Positions 9,479 to 19,950 are shown, numbered from the stretch's first letter. The stretch: DNA of 39,878 nt from Clostridia bacterium (GCA_030637025.1 DAOVVV010000024.1:1-39878); one strand, 5' to 3'. Notes: generated from the sequence alone by a model not told the origin. Made by a program: numbers and translations.

Positions 9479-9987
9479 GAGGCAAATTATAAGCCAGATT
9501 CTGTCAGATATTCTATTAAATATCTGTGATGACCATTTATCTCATTCTAATATCAACTTATTTACCCTTTTAAAAGTAACAGTTAAGATATCAAATTTAT
9601 GCGACCCACCCTTTGACTCTTCAAATTCTTTTTTGTCTTTTTATTTTGCAATCAGAACTAAAAAAAAGAAGTCGAGCGAACAACTCTCCTTTTCCTTAAT
9701 ATTAATAAGGAAAAAAGTCAAAATTATTTTGGTCTTGCTCCGGATGGGGTTTACCTCTCTAATCTGTTACCAGATTAAAGCGTGAGCTCTTACCTCCCGA
9801 TTTCACCCTTATCCGCCACTATATAACGACGGACGGTATAATTTCTGTGGCACTTTCCATCTTACCCTCATTTGACTTTAAGTAAGCCCTTCGGTTAGAA
9901 GGCATCCTGTCCTTTGGAGTCTGGACTTTCCTCTCTCCGGTTAAAAGATTACTCTTTCACCTAAAAGCGGCCATCTGATTTTACCTC
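9479..9987 (-). ncRNA. rnpB: RNase P RNA, bacterial type A, about 509 nt
   Basis: Minus strand shows GAGGAAAGTCC (P4 5'), GGAAAGTGCCACAGAAA, AGGGTGAAA, GGTAAACCCC, GGAGCAAG, ACAGAATCTGGCTTAT (P4 3'); P1 GAGGTAAAAT/ATTTGCCTC. Confidence 0.97.
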
Positions 9988-9999
9988 TATTTAAAAAAA

Positions 10000-10704
10000 T
10001 TATTCTTTCCAATAAAGTATTCTTCCGCAATTTTCACAAAGTACCAATTCTTTATCCTTCATTGCTTCATTAATGGACTGAGGAAGAACACTTAGATGAC
10101 ACCCACCACAATTATCTATATTTATACTTACTACAACCACTCCACCTTTATTTCCTCTCATTTTTTCGTATGTTTGTAAATATTCCTTTGGAATATTTCC
10201 TGTATAAAAACTTCGTTTTTGTATTAATTCTTCCATTTTCTCCGATAAATGCTTTACTTCTTTATTCAAACTATTTATTTCTTCATCCATAGTTTTTTTG
10301 CCCTGTTCTATTTGCATTTTTCTGCTTTCAAATTCTTTTTTTAAATCTTCGTTTTTCTGCATTATTTCCAAAATTTCATCTTCTAACTGCTGCTTTTTCC
10401 TATTTGCGTCTTCAATCTGTTTTAACATAGATTTATATGCTTCATTTTTCTTTATGGAATTTAATTCTTTTTGATGTTTTTTTATTGCTTCCTCTTCAGA
10501 TCCCAATTCAATCTCTTTGTTTTTTTTATCTACTTGCAAATACGATAAAGAATTTTTATCTTCTTCCATCTTTTCCACATCTATTTTATACTGCTCTTGC
10601 ATCCCCTTTATCTTTTCTGGAATTTCTTCTTTCTGTACTTTTAAATCATCTATAACCAAATCTAAATTTTGTAATTCCATCAATAATTTTAATGATTCAC
10701 GCAT
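10000..10704 (-). CDS. Coiled-coil protein with C4-type zinc ribbon (DUF164/zf-RING_7 family)
   Basis: LMELQNLD N-terminus, long coiled coil, CGGCHL...CENCGRILY C-terminus. Confidence 0.92.
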   Translation of the reverse strand: MRESLKLLMELQNLDLVIDDLKVQKEEIPEKIKGMQEQYKIDVEKMEEDKNSLSYLQVDKKNKEIELGSEEEAIKKHQKELNSIKKNEAYKSMLKQIEDANRKKQQLEDEILEIMQKNEDLKKEFESRKMQIEQGKKTMDEEINSLNKEVKHLSEKMEELIQKRSFYTGNIPKEYLQTYEKMRGNKGGVVVVSINIDNCGGCHLSVLPQSINEAMKDKELVLCENCGRILYWKE

Positions 10705-10817
10705 TTTATATCCTTATAATTGCTTATATTTCACAAACAAAACAAATAACATCTCCAAATCAAACCACTTTGATTATCATCCTATCGAGTATTAAAATCT
10801 GCAACTTATCAGTAATA

Positions 10818-10891
10818 TGGGCACAACAGGAATCGAACCTGTGACCTCCGGTATGTGAAACCGACACTCTAACCAACTGAGCTATGTGCCC
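10818..10891 (-). tRNA. tRNA-Val (anticodon CAC), CCA not encoded
   Basis: GGGCACA acceptor, D-arm GCTCAGTTGGTTAGAGT, anticodon arm TCGGT-TTCACAT-ACCGG, T-loop TTCGATT. Confidence 0.95.
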
Positions 10892-10900
10892 AAATAAAAA

Positions 10901-10974
10901 TGGGCCCACCAGGACTTGAACCTGGGACACCCTGATTATGAGTCAGGTGCTCTAACCAACTGAGCTACGGGCCC
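10901..10974 (-). tRNA. tRNA with CAT anticodon, most likely tRNA-Ile2 (lysidine-modified), CCA not encoded
   Basis: GGGCCCG acceptor with C4-G69/C5-G68 (TilS determinants in E. coli), CCTGA-CTCATAA-TCAGG; G1-C72 paired and no GGG/CCC anticodon stem, so not an initiator. Confidence 0.9.
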
Positions 10975-11080
10975 ACGCCTATAATTTATACCAACACAAC
11001 ATAAATATTAATTGCCTGATCTTTTGACTAACACAAACCCTATCAAAATTAATTCATTAATTAATTTTTAAAACTTTTTA

Positions 11081-11109
11081 ATTATATCCGTATTTCCAGC
11101 CAATGTCAA
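11081..11109 (-). promoter_or_regulatory. Consensus sigma70 promoter for the tRNA / zinc-ribbon / rnpB transcript
   Basis: TTGACA (11109-11104), 17-nt spacer, TATAAT (11086-11081). Confidence 0.85.
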
Positions 11110-11158
11110 ATAAAATTTTTAATTATAAATAAGATGAGTAAAAAAACAGAGGAGGATT

Positions 11159-11455
11159 TCAGATAAGAAAGTTGCCGATTCCTGAAGAATCATAAGCACT
11201 TAAAAGTATTAAATCAGTTTTTTTATTCTTAATATTTTTTAATTCTTTTTCTTTTGCCTTAAACGCAGATTTCCACCTTTCAATTTCTTTATTTTTATTA
11301 ACTACACACTTTTCCCACACAGTATTTCTCTCAAACAATTTTTTTTCTAATTCTCTTAAGACAGTATATATTTGTTCCCTTAATATCTTAGAAGTTATTC
11401 CATCTAAACATTTCTTAACTTCACTGAATACTTTTGGCCCTTTAGTAATAGACAT
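11159..11455 (-). CDS. Hypothetical small helical/coiled-coil protein
   Basis: 98-aa ORF with AAGGA RBS and its own promoter; no recognised family. Confidence 0.65.
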   Translation of the reverse strand: MSITKGPKVFSEVKKCLDGITSKILREQIYTVLRELEKKLFERNTVWEKCVVNKNKEIERWKSAFKAKEKELKNIKNKKTDLILLSAYDSSGIGNFLI

Positions 11456-11518
11456 TTTAGTCCTTCCCTTTATTTACAACTTGCTTGGAAATCAAAAATC
11501 ACTTATAACTTCACTACA

Positions 11519-11563
11519 ATTATATCCCTTTATTTTCATTTTATCAATGTGAATCTTATCACT
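11519..11563 (-). promoter_or_regulatory. Promoter (TTGATA-17-TATAAT) with abutting CRP/Rex-like palindrome
   Basis: -10 at 11524-11519, -35 at 11547-11542; TGTGA-ATCTTA-TCACT at 11548-11563. Confidence 0.6.
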
Positions 11564-11592
11564 TGTAATAAAAGTCACTTTTTAGGAAAATT

Positions 11593-14028
11593 TTATTCTT
11601 TCTTTTTAAAAATTAATTTATCCTTATTTCTATCAACACAAATTGTATCTGATGATTTAAATTTTTTAAGCAGTATTTCATTGGCTAATGAATCCTCTAA
11701 ATATTTTTGTAAAGCTCTTCTTAACGGTCGGGCTCCGTATTTAGGATTAAAACCTTTTTCTATCAAAAACTTTTTTGCATTAGAACAAACTTCTATTTTT
11801 ATGTTTTTTGGTTTCAGTCTCTCTTCTAATTCTTTGAGCATAAGGTCTACTATTTTTCTCATTTCTTCCCGGCCTAAAGAATGAAAAACAATCATTTCGT
11901 CAATTCGGTTTAAAAACTCCGGATTAAAAGCTTTCTTTGCTTCATTAATAACTGTTTCTTTCATATGTTCATATGTTTCTTTCAATGATGCCTCAGATTG
12001 AAAACCCATTTTTTTTTCTTTATTTATTTTACGAGCACCCACATTAGAGGTCATAATAATCACTGTATTTTTAAAATTTACCTTATGCCCCAAATTATCC
12101 GAAAGCTGCCCCTCATCCATTACCTGCAGTAAAATATTAAACACATCAGGATGAGCTTTTTCAATTTCATCTAATAAAACTATCGAATAAGGCTTTCTCC
12201 TCACTGCTTCTGTTAATTGTCCCCCCTCTTCATAGCCAACATATCCCGGAGGAGCTCCTATTAAGCGGGAAACAGAAAACTTTTCCATATATTCCGACAT
12301 ATCAATACGAACCACCGATTCCTCATCGCCAAACAAAAATTCTGCTAAAGTTCTTGCTAATTCAGTTTTACCCACACCCGTAGGCCCCAAAAAAATAAAA
12401 CATCCTGTAGGCCGCCGAGGATCTTTCAATCCTATACGTGAACGTCTTACTGCCTGTGAAATAATTTTGATTGCTTCTTCCTGCCCTACTACTCTTTTAT
12501 AAAGTTCTTCTTCCATATGCAATAATTTTTCTGTTTCTGATTCTGTCAGTTTTGTCACTGGTATTTTAGTCCAAACAGAAACAATATAAGCTATCTCTTC
12601 TTCTCCAATAACTTTCGTTTCAACTTTTCTTTCTTTCCATTTTTTCTTTGCATCATTTAATTTGAATTTTGATTTTTTCTCTTTATCCCTTAATTTTGCA
12701 GCTTTTTCAAATTCCTGAACAGAAATAGCAGCTTCTTTTTCTTTAATTATGAATTCAACTTCTTTTTCTATCTCTTTTATTTCATCCGGTAAAACAGTAG
12801 TTTGCAACCTCGCTCGAGAACCTGCTTCATCAATTAAATCAATTGCTTTATCCGGCAAAAAACGATCTGAAATATACCTGTCAGACAACTCCGCAGCTGC
12901 CTGTAATGAGGCATCACTATACTTTACCCTATGAAATGCTTCATACTTATCCTGTAAACCCTGCAAAATTTTTACTGTTTCTTCAACAGTAGGAGGGTCA
13001 ACAATAATACTCTGAAATCTTCTTTCTAAAGCTGCATCATGTTCTATTTGTTTCCTGTATTCATCCAGAGTAGTTGCCCCAATGCATTGTAATTCTCCCC
13101 GGGAAAGAGCCGGCTTTAACATATTAGAAGCATCCATTGCTCCTTCAGCTGCTCCTGCTCCGATCACAGTATGTAATTCATCAATAAATAAAATTATATT
13201 ATGTTTCAAACGCCGTATCTCTTCCATAATATTTTTCAATCTTTGTTCAAATTCTCCCCTATATTTAGTTCCGGCAACTACTCCACCCATATCTAAAGTA
13301 ATTACTCTCTTATTTAACAACGGTTCGGGAACATCACCCTTTGCTATTCTTTGCGCTAATCCTTCTACTATTGCACTTTTGCCCACACCCGGTTCACCAA
13401 TTAAAACCGGATTATTTTTAGTACGCCGAGACAAGATTTGAAGAACACGTCCTATCTCTTCGTCCCTGCCGATTACAGGATCCAATTTATCTTCTCTGGC
13501 TAAAAGAGTTAAATCACGGCCAAATTCATCAAGAGTAGGTGTTCTATTTCGGCTATGCACGGGCTGTTCTTTAACTGATTGAGCATAAGGAACTTCTCCC
13601 AGAAGATTAACTACTTCCGCTCTCACCTTATCCAAATTTACTTTTAAATTCTCCAATATCCTGGCAGCAATCCCTTCTCCCTCGCGAATCAATCCCAAAA
13701 GAAGGTGTTCCGTCCCAACGTAACGATGCCTCATACTTCGTGCTTCTTCTACAGCTAATTCCAATACTTTTTTCGCACGGGGAGTAAAAGGAACTTCTCC
13801 TAATACAAGAACACTCTCGCCAACCCCTACAATTTTTTCTACCCCATTACGAACTTTTTTCAAGTCTATCCCTAAATTAATTAGTACAGTAGCAGCAACC
13901 CCATCTCCTAAAGCAACCAGGCCTAAAAGAATATGCTCTGTCCCCAAATAATCATGATTCAATCTTTTTGCTTCTTCCTGAGCTAAAAGTATTACTTTTT
14001 GGGCCCTTTCTGTAAAACGATTAAGCAT
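11593..14028 (-). CDS. clpC: ATP-dependent Clp protease ATPase subunit ClpC
   Basis: Two Clp-N repeats, Walker A GEPGVGKS and GPTGVGKT, short UVR-type middle domain, MGF ClpP-docking loop, follows mcsB. Confidence 0.97.
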   Translation of the reverse strand: MLNRFTERAQKVILLAQEEAKRLNHDYLGTEHILLGLVALGDGVAATVLINLGIDLKKVRNGVEKIVGVGESVLVLGEVPFTPRAKKVLELAVEEARSMRHRYVGTEHLLLGLIREGEGIAARILENLKVNLDKVRAEVVNLLGEVPYAQSVKEQPVHSRNRTPTLDEFGRDLTLLAREDKLDPVIGRDEEIGRVLQILSRRTKNNPVLIGEPGVGKSAIVEGLAQRIAKGDVPEPLLNKRVITLDMGGVVAGTKYRGEFEQRLKNIMEEIRRLKHNIILFIDELHTVIGAGAAEGAMDASNMLKPALSRGELQCIGATTLDEYRKQIEHDAALERRFQSIIVDPPTVEETVKILQGLQDKYEAFHRVKYSDASLQAAAELSDRYISDRFLPDKAIDLIDEAGSRARLQTTVLPDEIKEIEKEVEFIIKEKEAAISVQEFEKAAKLRDKEKKSKFKLNDAKKKWKERKVETKVIGEEEIAYIVSVWTKIPVTKLTESETEKLLHMEEELYKRVVGQEEAIKIISQAVRRSRIGLKDPRRPTGCFIFLGPTGVGKTELARTLAEFLFGDEESVVRIDMSEYMEKFSVSRLIGAPPGYVGYEEGGQLTEAVRRKPYSIVLLDEIEKAHPDVFNILLQVMDEGQLSDNLGHKVNFKNTVIIMTSNVGARKINKEKKMGFQSEASLKETYEHMKETVINEAKKAFNPEFLNRIDEMIVFHSLGREEMRKIVDLMLKELEERLKPKNIKIEVCSNAKKFLIEKGFNPKYGARPLRRALQKYLEDSLANEILLKKFKSSDTICVDRNKDKLIFKKKE

Positions 14029-14071
14029 TCTCCTTTATACCTCCTGAAAATATTTTAATTTTACTAAAACC

Positions 14072-14114
14072 GAGACCCTTCGACTCCCTACGGTCCTCTC
14101 AGGATCAATGAGAC
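14072..14114. repeat. REP-like palindromic element between mcsB and clpC
   Basis: Minus strand GATCCTGAGAGGACCGTAGGGAGTCGAAGGGTCTC, a GC-rich imperfect hairpin in AT-rich DNA; CCCTTCGACT recurs at 29174. Confidence 0.5.
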
Positions 14115-15167
14115 TTATTTTTTAAACTTATTCCTTATTAATTCCGCTCTTAACCCGTCCCTTTGAACAAGAGACAATTGTTTTCCTTTTAATTCTTGAA
14201 TATGGGCTGATTGAGCCAAAATCATAAGTTCATTAATTTCAGTAATATCACAATCTAAGTCTAAATTTAAATATAATCCTAATCTAACTTTGCTTAATAA
14301 ATTCATTGTTTCATTAAAAGTAATCGAACGCATATATTTCATCATTCCATATGCCCTATAAATCATATCCTCTATTCCTATCCTGTCTTTCTCTATCAAC
14401 TTTATACGATTTTGCCTTTCATATTCTATAATCGTCTTTACCACCCGTTCAATATTATCAATTATTGATTCTTCTTCTTGCCCTAAAGTAACCGCATTAG
14501 AAATCTGAAATAAATCACCCATTACTTCCGTCCCTTCTCCATATAATCCTCTAACAATAAAACCTATTTTTGAAAGATTCCGTAAAACAACATTTATTTT
14601 CTGAGTAAAAACTAACGCCGGTAAATGCATCAAACAAGAAGCTCTCATTCCCGTACCTACATTAGTAGGACAAGCGGTTAAATAACCCCATCGCGGAGAA
14701 AAAGCATAATTTATTTTTTTATTTAAATTATCATCTATTTTTGTAGCCAGGCCCCAGGCCCCGGACAATTGTAATCCGGAATAAATGACCTGTAAACGCA
14801 AATGATCTTCTTCGTTAATCATAATACTGACTACTTCCTTTTTATCTATAGCAACAGCTCTGTGTCCTTGCCCTTGAGAATGCTCATAACTTATTAAATG
14901 CCTTTCTACCAGTAATTGTAAATCTATTTTATCTAATTCCAAAAGATATAATATTTGAGCATCTTTCATATATGGATTACCTTTAATTGCTTTTTCACTT
15001 TTTTCCAATATTTCTTTTCGCTGAAGATTACTTATTCTATTAGGAAAAGGAAAAAGGGGTAGATTCCGGGCCAATCTAATACGGGAAGAAATAACTACAT
15101 CATAAAAAGGACCTTTTTCTTTCCACCACCTACCTTTTCTCTTACACATCTGGATTAGCTGCATCAT
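14115..15167 (-). CDS. mcsB: Protein-arginine kinase McsB
   Basis: SSRIRLARN, INEEDHLR, YLTACPTNVGTGMRAS, VRGLYGEG, QISNAVTLG. Confidence 0.96.
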   Translation of the reverse strand: MMQLIQMCKRKGRWWKEKGPFYDVVISSRIRLARNLPLFPFPNRISNLQRKEILEKSEKAIKGNPYMKDAQILYLLELDKIDLQLLVERHLISYEHSQGQGHRAVAIDKKEVVSIMINEEDHLRLQVIYSGLQLSGAWGLATKIDDNLNKKINYAFSPRWGYLTACPTNVGTGMRASCLMHLPALVFTQKINVVLRNLSKIGFIVRGLYGEGTEVMGDLFQISNAVTLGQEEESIIDNIERVVKTIIEYERQNRIKLIEKDRIGIEDMIYRAYGMMKYMRSITFNETMNLLSKVRLGLYLNLDLDCDITEINELMILAQSAHIQELKGKQLSLVQRDGLRAELIRNKFKK

Positions 15168-15168
15168 T

Positions 15169-15699
15169 TTACCCTTTTCCCTTGTTTTTCTTACTTAGCT
15201 TTTTTTCTATTTCTTTAATCTTATCTCTAATTAATGCCGCTTCTTCATATTTTTCTGCTTTTATAACCTCAGCAAGTTCTTTTTTCAAACTTTGAATATC
15301 CGGAAAAACCCTATCGTTTTTCCTTGCTTTCTTGTAAAAAGGATTCTTACCTACATGTTGATTATAACCATGAATTCTTTTTAATAGGGACTGCAATTGC
15401 TGAGCAAAAACATCATAACATTTACTACAACCTAATTGCCCCTTTTGTTTGAAATCTTCAAAACTCATATTACAATTTTTACATCTTTGTTTTGTTTCCT
15501 TTTCTATTTTTAAAAAAGGTTCAAACCCGGAAAGACTGGCCAATAAATCAACTATAGAAAAATGTGTTTTATCAAAAGACATTTCTACCCCTTTCTTTTG
15601 AGCACATTCTTCACAAAGATGAAATTTAAATATTTTATCATTTATTATTTCTGTAAAGTGAATATTAGCTTCTTTCTTATGACACATGTTACAAAGCAC
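15169..15699 (-). CDS. mcsA: McsB activator McsA
   Basis: MLCNMC, LCEECA, CKNC, GCSKCY Cys motifs; C-terminal UVR domain (EKYEEAALIRDKI). Confidence 0.95.
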   Translation of the reverse strand: MLCNMCHKKEANIHFTEIINDKIFKFHLCEECAQKKGVEMSFDKTHFSIVDLLASLSGFEPFLKIEKETKQRCKNCNMSFEDFKQKGQLGCSKCYDVFAQQLQSLLKRIHGYNQHVGKNPFYKKARKNDRVFPDIQSLKKELAEVIKAEKYEEAALIRDKIKEIEKKLSKKNKGKG

Positions 15700-15730
15700 T
15701 TTTTCTCTCCTTTATTACTTTTAAAACATT

Positions 15731-16438
15731 CTATACTACTATATGCCCATCTTCTAAATAAATCCTCTGATTACAACATTTTGCCAGCTCTTCATTATGA
15801 GTAACTACAATTAAAGTCGTCCCCCTTCTTTTATTTAAATCCAGGAGTAATTGAAATATCCTTTTACCTATTTCTTTATCCAGATTACCCGTTGGTTCAT
15901 CCGCTAAAATAAGGGAAGGGTTATTAATCAATGCTCGAGCTACTGCCACCCTTTGCTGCTCACCACCTGATAATTGCTGAGGTTTATGATTTACTCTATT
16001 TTTTAAACCTACCTCTTCCAATCCTTTTAGTGCCCTTTTTTTAATATCTGCTTTTTTTTCATTACTTCCTTCCAACCGGCTTTCCGGATTTTCCGCTCTT
16101 ATAAAAGCCGGAATCATAACATTTTCTAATGCAGTAAATTCCGGAAGAAGAAGATGCGACTGAAAAATAAAACCTATTTCCCTGCTGCGTAAAACTGCTA
16201 ATTGATCTTTACTAAAATCATTGATGTCTTGCCCGATAAAAAAAAAATTTCCTTCACTTGGCCTCTCTATTGTACCAAAGATGTGCAGCAGAGTACTTTT
16301 TCCTGCACCGGAAGGACCCAGGATAACATAAATTTTTCCCGTTTCAATTTTTAAGTTAATATTTTTTAAAACTTTAACTTCTTTTTCCCCGGGAAAATAA
16401 TTCTTGCATAAATTTTGTGTTTCTAAAATTATTTCCAT
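15731..16438 (-). CDS. lolD: Lipoprotein-release ABC transporter ATPase
   Basis: [34 protein letters not shown]; adjacent to LolE-type permease. Confidence 0.88.
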   Translation of the reverse strand: MEIILETQNLCKNYFPGEKEVKVLKNINLKIETGKIYVILGPSGAGKSTLLHIFGTIERPSEGNFFFIGQDINDFSKDQLAVLRSREIGFIFQSHLLLPEFTALENVMIPAFIRAENPESRLEGSNEKKADIKKRALKGLEEVGLKNRVNHKPQQLSGGEQQRVAVARALINNPSLILADEPTGNLDKEIGKRIFQLLLDLNKRRGTTLIVVTHNEELAKCCNQRIYLEDGHIVV

Positions 16439-16464
16439 TTTTTCACCATTAAATCAGTTAACAT

Positions 16465-17697
16465 TCATTCATATCTAATTGCTTCACATGGGTCTAACCG
16501 GGCAGCCTTATAAGCAGGATACAGAGTAGACAAAAAACTAATCAAAACAGCGGCTAAACCAACCCATATAAAATCCATCACCTGAATTTTTACCGGAAAA
16601 GTAGAAATGTAATAAACATCCGCAGGCAATTTAATAAATTCATATTTCTCCAATATCTTAGAGATAACAAGTCCTAAGACACACCCCAAAACAGTCCCGG
16701 AAAATCCGATAATAGAACCTTCCCATACAAAAATTTTCATAATTGCCTTATCTTTTGCTCCCATTGCCTTAAGAATTCCAATATCTTTAACTTTTTCCAT
16801 AGTCATTAAAATTAAAGTGGAAATTATATTAAAAGAAGCGACCAAAACAATTAAGGTTAAAATAATAAACATTCCAATCTTCTCTAATTTTAAGGCAGTA
16901 AATAAATTTTTGTTGCTGCTCATCCAACTCCGTACCCAACAAGGATAATCAAGTTCTTCCTGAAGATTTGCTGCTACCTGATCTGCTTTGAATATATCTT
17001 TGATTTTTATTTCCAATCCGGTAATTTTATCTTTTAAATTAAAAAGATTCCGGGCAACACTCAAAGAAACAAAAGCCATATTAGCATCATACTCATACAT
17101 ACCAACACTAAAAATACCACCCACTTCAAACTTCATCATCCGGGGCATCATTCCCATAGGAGTAATCATACTATAAGGAGAAATTAAAACAACTTCTTCC
17201 CCCACAAAAAGACCTAAATTCCTGGCCAATTCCTCTCCCAAAACGATTTTTGGCATTGATTCATCGTTTGATGAAAAATCCAGGCTGCCCTTTCGGATTT
17301 TTTGTGCAATATCAGATACTTTCTTCTCTTCGGCAGGATTAATCCCTTTAATTACTGACCCCGATACTTCTTTTCCTGCTCTCAATATTATTTGTCCATA
17401 AACAAAAGGGGCTATAGCTATAACCTCTTCCTCCTGTTTTATTTTTTCTTTTACCTGCTGTAAATTTGATAAGGATAACCCTTCTCCTTTTTGGTCTAAA
17501 ACAGTTATATGTGCAGACATCCCCAGGATTTTATTTCGTAAGTCATCCTGAAAACCATTCATTACCGAAAGAGTAACTATTAATGCCGCCACCCCCAAAG
17601 CTACTCCGCCAACAGAAATAATCGTAATTAAAGATACAAAAATATGTTTCCGTTTAGCAATTAAATACCTTAAACTAATAAAAAGTTCATAATTCAT
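16465..17697 (-). CDS. lolE: Lipoprotein-release ABC transporter permease (single LolC/E-type subunit)
   Basis: LSVMNGFQ, NLFTALKLEK, VASFNIIS, DIGILKAMGA, YPAYKAARLDP. Confidence 0.88.
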   Translation of the reverse strand: MNYELFISLRYLIAKRKHIFVSLITIISVGGVALGVAALIVTLSVMNGFQDDLRNKILGMSAHITVLDQKGEGLSLSNLQQVKEKIKQEEEVIAIAPFVYGQIILRAGKEVSGSVIKGINPAEEKKVSDIAQKIRKGSLDFSSNDESMPKIVLGEELARNLGLFVGEEVVLISPYSMITPMGMMPRMMKFEVGGIFSVGMYEYDANMAFVSLSVARNLFNLKDKITGLEIKIKDIFKADQVAANLQEELDYPCWVRSWMSSNKNLFTALKLEKIGMFIILTLIVLVASFNIISTLILMTMEKVKDIGILKAMGAKDKAIMKIFVWEGSIIGFSGTVLGCVLGLVISKILEKYEFIKLPADVYYISTFPVKIQVMDFIWVGLAAVLISFLSTLYPAYKAARLDPCEAIRYE

Positions 17698-17722
17698 AAA
17701 TTATTTCAGTTAAACTTAAAAA

Positions 17723-19207
17723 CTACTCCTTCTTCATTTGAGGGAATAAAATTACTTCCCGAATTGAGTTAGAACCAGTTAAAAGCATAACTAACCGGTC
17801 TATCCCTATTCCCAATCCCCCGCAAGGAGGCATTCCGTATTCCAAAGCACGAATGTAATCTTCATCCAGCATTTGTGCTTCCTGGTCTCCTTTTTGTTTT
17901 GCCTTCATTTGCTCTGTCATTCTTTTTCTCTGCTCGACCGGATCATTTAATTCTGAATAAGCATTAGCTAATTCAAAATTACCGATGAACAATTCAAATC
18001 TTTCTACTATTTCCGGATTATTTTCTTTTGATTTAGCTAACGGGGAAAGACATTTTGGATAATCCGTTATAAATACAGGTTGAACCAGTTTAGGAACTAC
18101 AAAAGTATCAAAAATATGGTCAAGAATTTTATGAGATTTAGTATTTGTATCATATTTCACTTTCAATTTATCAGCGATTTGCATAATTTGCGATTTATCT
18201 GCTATATCGGTCTTTTCACTAAAATCAATACCTGTGTTTTCCTGAAGTAATTCAAAAAAACCTTTTCTCTTCCATGGAGGGGTTAAATCTATTTTATTCC
18301 CTTTGTATTCAATCTCCAATTTCCCAAAAATCTCTTTACTAATCCCTACTATCATTTCCTCACATATTTCCATCATTTCATTATAGTCACTATACGACTG
18401 ATATATTTCCAGCATGGTAAATTCAGGATTATGCCGGGTAGAAATACCTTCATTCCTGAAATTCTTGTTTAATTCATAGACTCTTTCTATACCCCCCACA
18501 ATCAACCGCTTAAGATATAATTCGGGAGCAACTCTTAAAAATAAATCCATACTTAATGCGTTATGATGAGTAATAAAAGGCTGAGCAGCCGCCCCCCCCA
18601 CAATAGATTGCATCATCGGAGTTTCCACTTCCAAAAACTCTTTTTTATCCAGAAATTGCCTGATTATTTTTATTATTCTGCTACGAATAATAAAAATTTC
18701 TTTTACCTTATCATTCATAATTAAATCTACATATCTTTGACGATAACGAATTTCCGTATCTTTTAAACCATGCCACTTCTCCGGTAAAATACGCAATGAT
18801 TTAGACAATAAAATCATTTTTTCCACATGAATAGAAATTTCTCCGGTTCTTGTTTTAAAAACCTTTCCCTCTACTCCAACAAAATCCCCTATATCCATTT
18901 TTTTATAAAAAAGATAGTTTTCTTCTCCTATATCATTTTTTCCAACATAAATCTGAACCTTTCCCCAACCATCTTTAAGATGAGAAAAACTTACCTTTCC
19001 CATAACACGCCTGGATATCATACGCCCGGCAAAAGATACTTTTTTATCTGCTTCTTCTCCGTTATTTAAGGATTTAAACTCTTCGTTAATATCAACGGAC
19101 TTACATTTACCCTTAAATTTATGAGGAAAAGGATTTATTCCTTTGTCATATAATTCTTTTAACTTATCTTTTCTCTGTAATATCAACAAATTCACATCTT
19201 CAGTCAC
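17723..19207 (-). CDS. lysS: Lysyl-tRNA synthetase, class II
   Basis: YRQRYVDLI, APELYLKRL, FRNEG, HNPEFTMLE, GLGIGIDRL; GTG start with AAGGAG RBS. Confidence 0.98.
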   Translation of the reverse strand: MTEDVNLLILQRKDKLKELYDKGINPFPHKFKGKCKSVDINEEFKSLNNGEEADKKVSFAGRMISRRVMGKVSFSHLKDGWGKVQIYVGKNDIGEENYLFYKKMDIGDFVGVEGKVFKTRTGEISIHVEKMILLSKSLRILPEKWHGLKDTEIRYRQRYVDLIMNDKVKEIFIIRSRIIKIIRQFLDKKEFLEVETPMMQSIVGGAAAQPFITHHNALSMDLFLRVAPELYLKRLIVGGIERVYELNKNFRNEGISTRHNPEFTMLEIYQSYSDYNEMMEICEEMIVGISKEIFGKLEIEYKGNKIDLTPPWKRKGFFELLQENTGIDFSEKTDIADKSQIMQIADKLKVKYDTNTKSHKILDHIFDTFVVPKLVQPVFITDYPKCLSPLAKSKENNPEIVERFELFIGNFELANAYSELNDPVEQRKRMTEQMKAKQKGDQEAQMLDEDYIRALEYGMPPCGGLGIGIDRLVMLLTGSNSIREVILFPQMKKE

Positions 19208-19311
19208 TTTTTTTCTCCTTTTTAAATCAGCGATTAATAAATAAAATAAATTTTCGTCGACAAATTACACATTTTTTAAAAATATTTAAACAATTTACCA
19301 AAGATTTTTTA

Positions 19312-19340
19312 ATAATACTTTATTTATATAGTCTTGTCAA
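19312..19340 (-). promoter_or_regulatory. Sigma70-type promoter of lysS operon
   Basis: TTGACA (19340-19335), 17-nt spacer, TATTAT (19317-19312). Confidence 0.7.
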
Positions 19341-19371
19341 GATTAAATCTAACCCTTAAAAAATAGTTTTT

Positions 19372-19950
19372 TTATAATTTAGAAAAAAACCTTTCTTTCT
19401 TTATTTTTAAAAACAACCACTTAAAACCTTTAAATATTTGAATGGCCAATACTGCACAAAACCCAGCCAGCACAATACCCGCAGCAACATCTAACGGATA
19501 ATGAACGCCTACATAAATACGGGAAAAACCAACCACCACCGCTATCCCAAAAACCAAAAAACCAATCCAAAGACGACGCCAGATATAAGTTATCACTATA
19601 GCCATAGAGAACATATTAGCAGCATGAGAAGAAGGCAAAGAAAATCCACCGGAACCTACTAATTGTCGCACATCCTCTAAAACCTTATACGGCCTTAAAC
19701 GGTGAAATAATGGTTTTAGCAAACTGCTGCTTATCTGGTCGCTTAAAATCAAGGTAATTAGACAGAGCAAAAAAGTATTTTTTCCTTTTTTATTTCCCCA
19801 GATAAATAAACTAAAGAATATTATCATTAGAGGTATCCGCCAATACCTGATATTGGTAATTATAGGCATAATTACATCAAAAAAGCTGTTTTGCAATCCC
19901 TGATTAACAAAATAAAACAATTTAACATCTAAAGCATTCAAAAAACCCAT
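19372..19950 (-). CDS. PAP2-family membrane phosphatase (undecaprenyl-PP phosphatase-like)
   Basis: KPLFHRLRP, PSSHAAN, SRIYVGVHYPLDV motifs. Confidence 0.92.
   Translation of the reverse strand: MGFLNALDVKLFYFVNQGLQNSFFDVIMPIITNIRYWRIPLMIIFFSLFIWGNKKGKNTFLLCLITLILSDQISSSLLKPLFHRLRPYKVLEDVRQLVGSGGFSLPSSHAANMFSMAIVITYIWRRLWIGFLVFGIAVVVGFSRIYVGVHYPLDVAAGIVLAGFCAVLAIQIFKGFKWLFLKIKKERFFSKL

Noticed and set aside
10901-10974. tRNA-Met/fMet call for the CAT tRNA
   Set aside because: Paired G1-C72, no three consecutive G-C pairs in the anticodon stem, and an acceptor stem matching the Ile2 type
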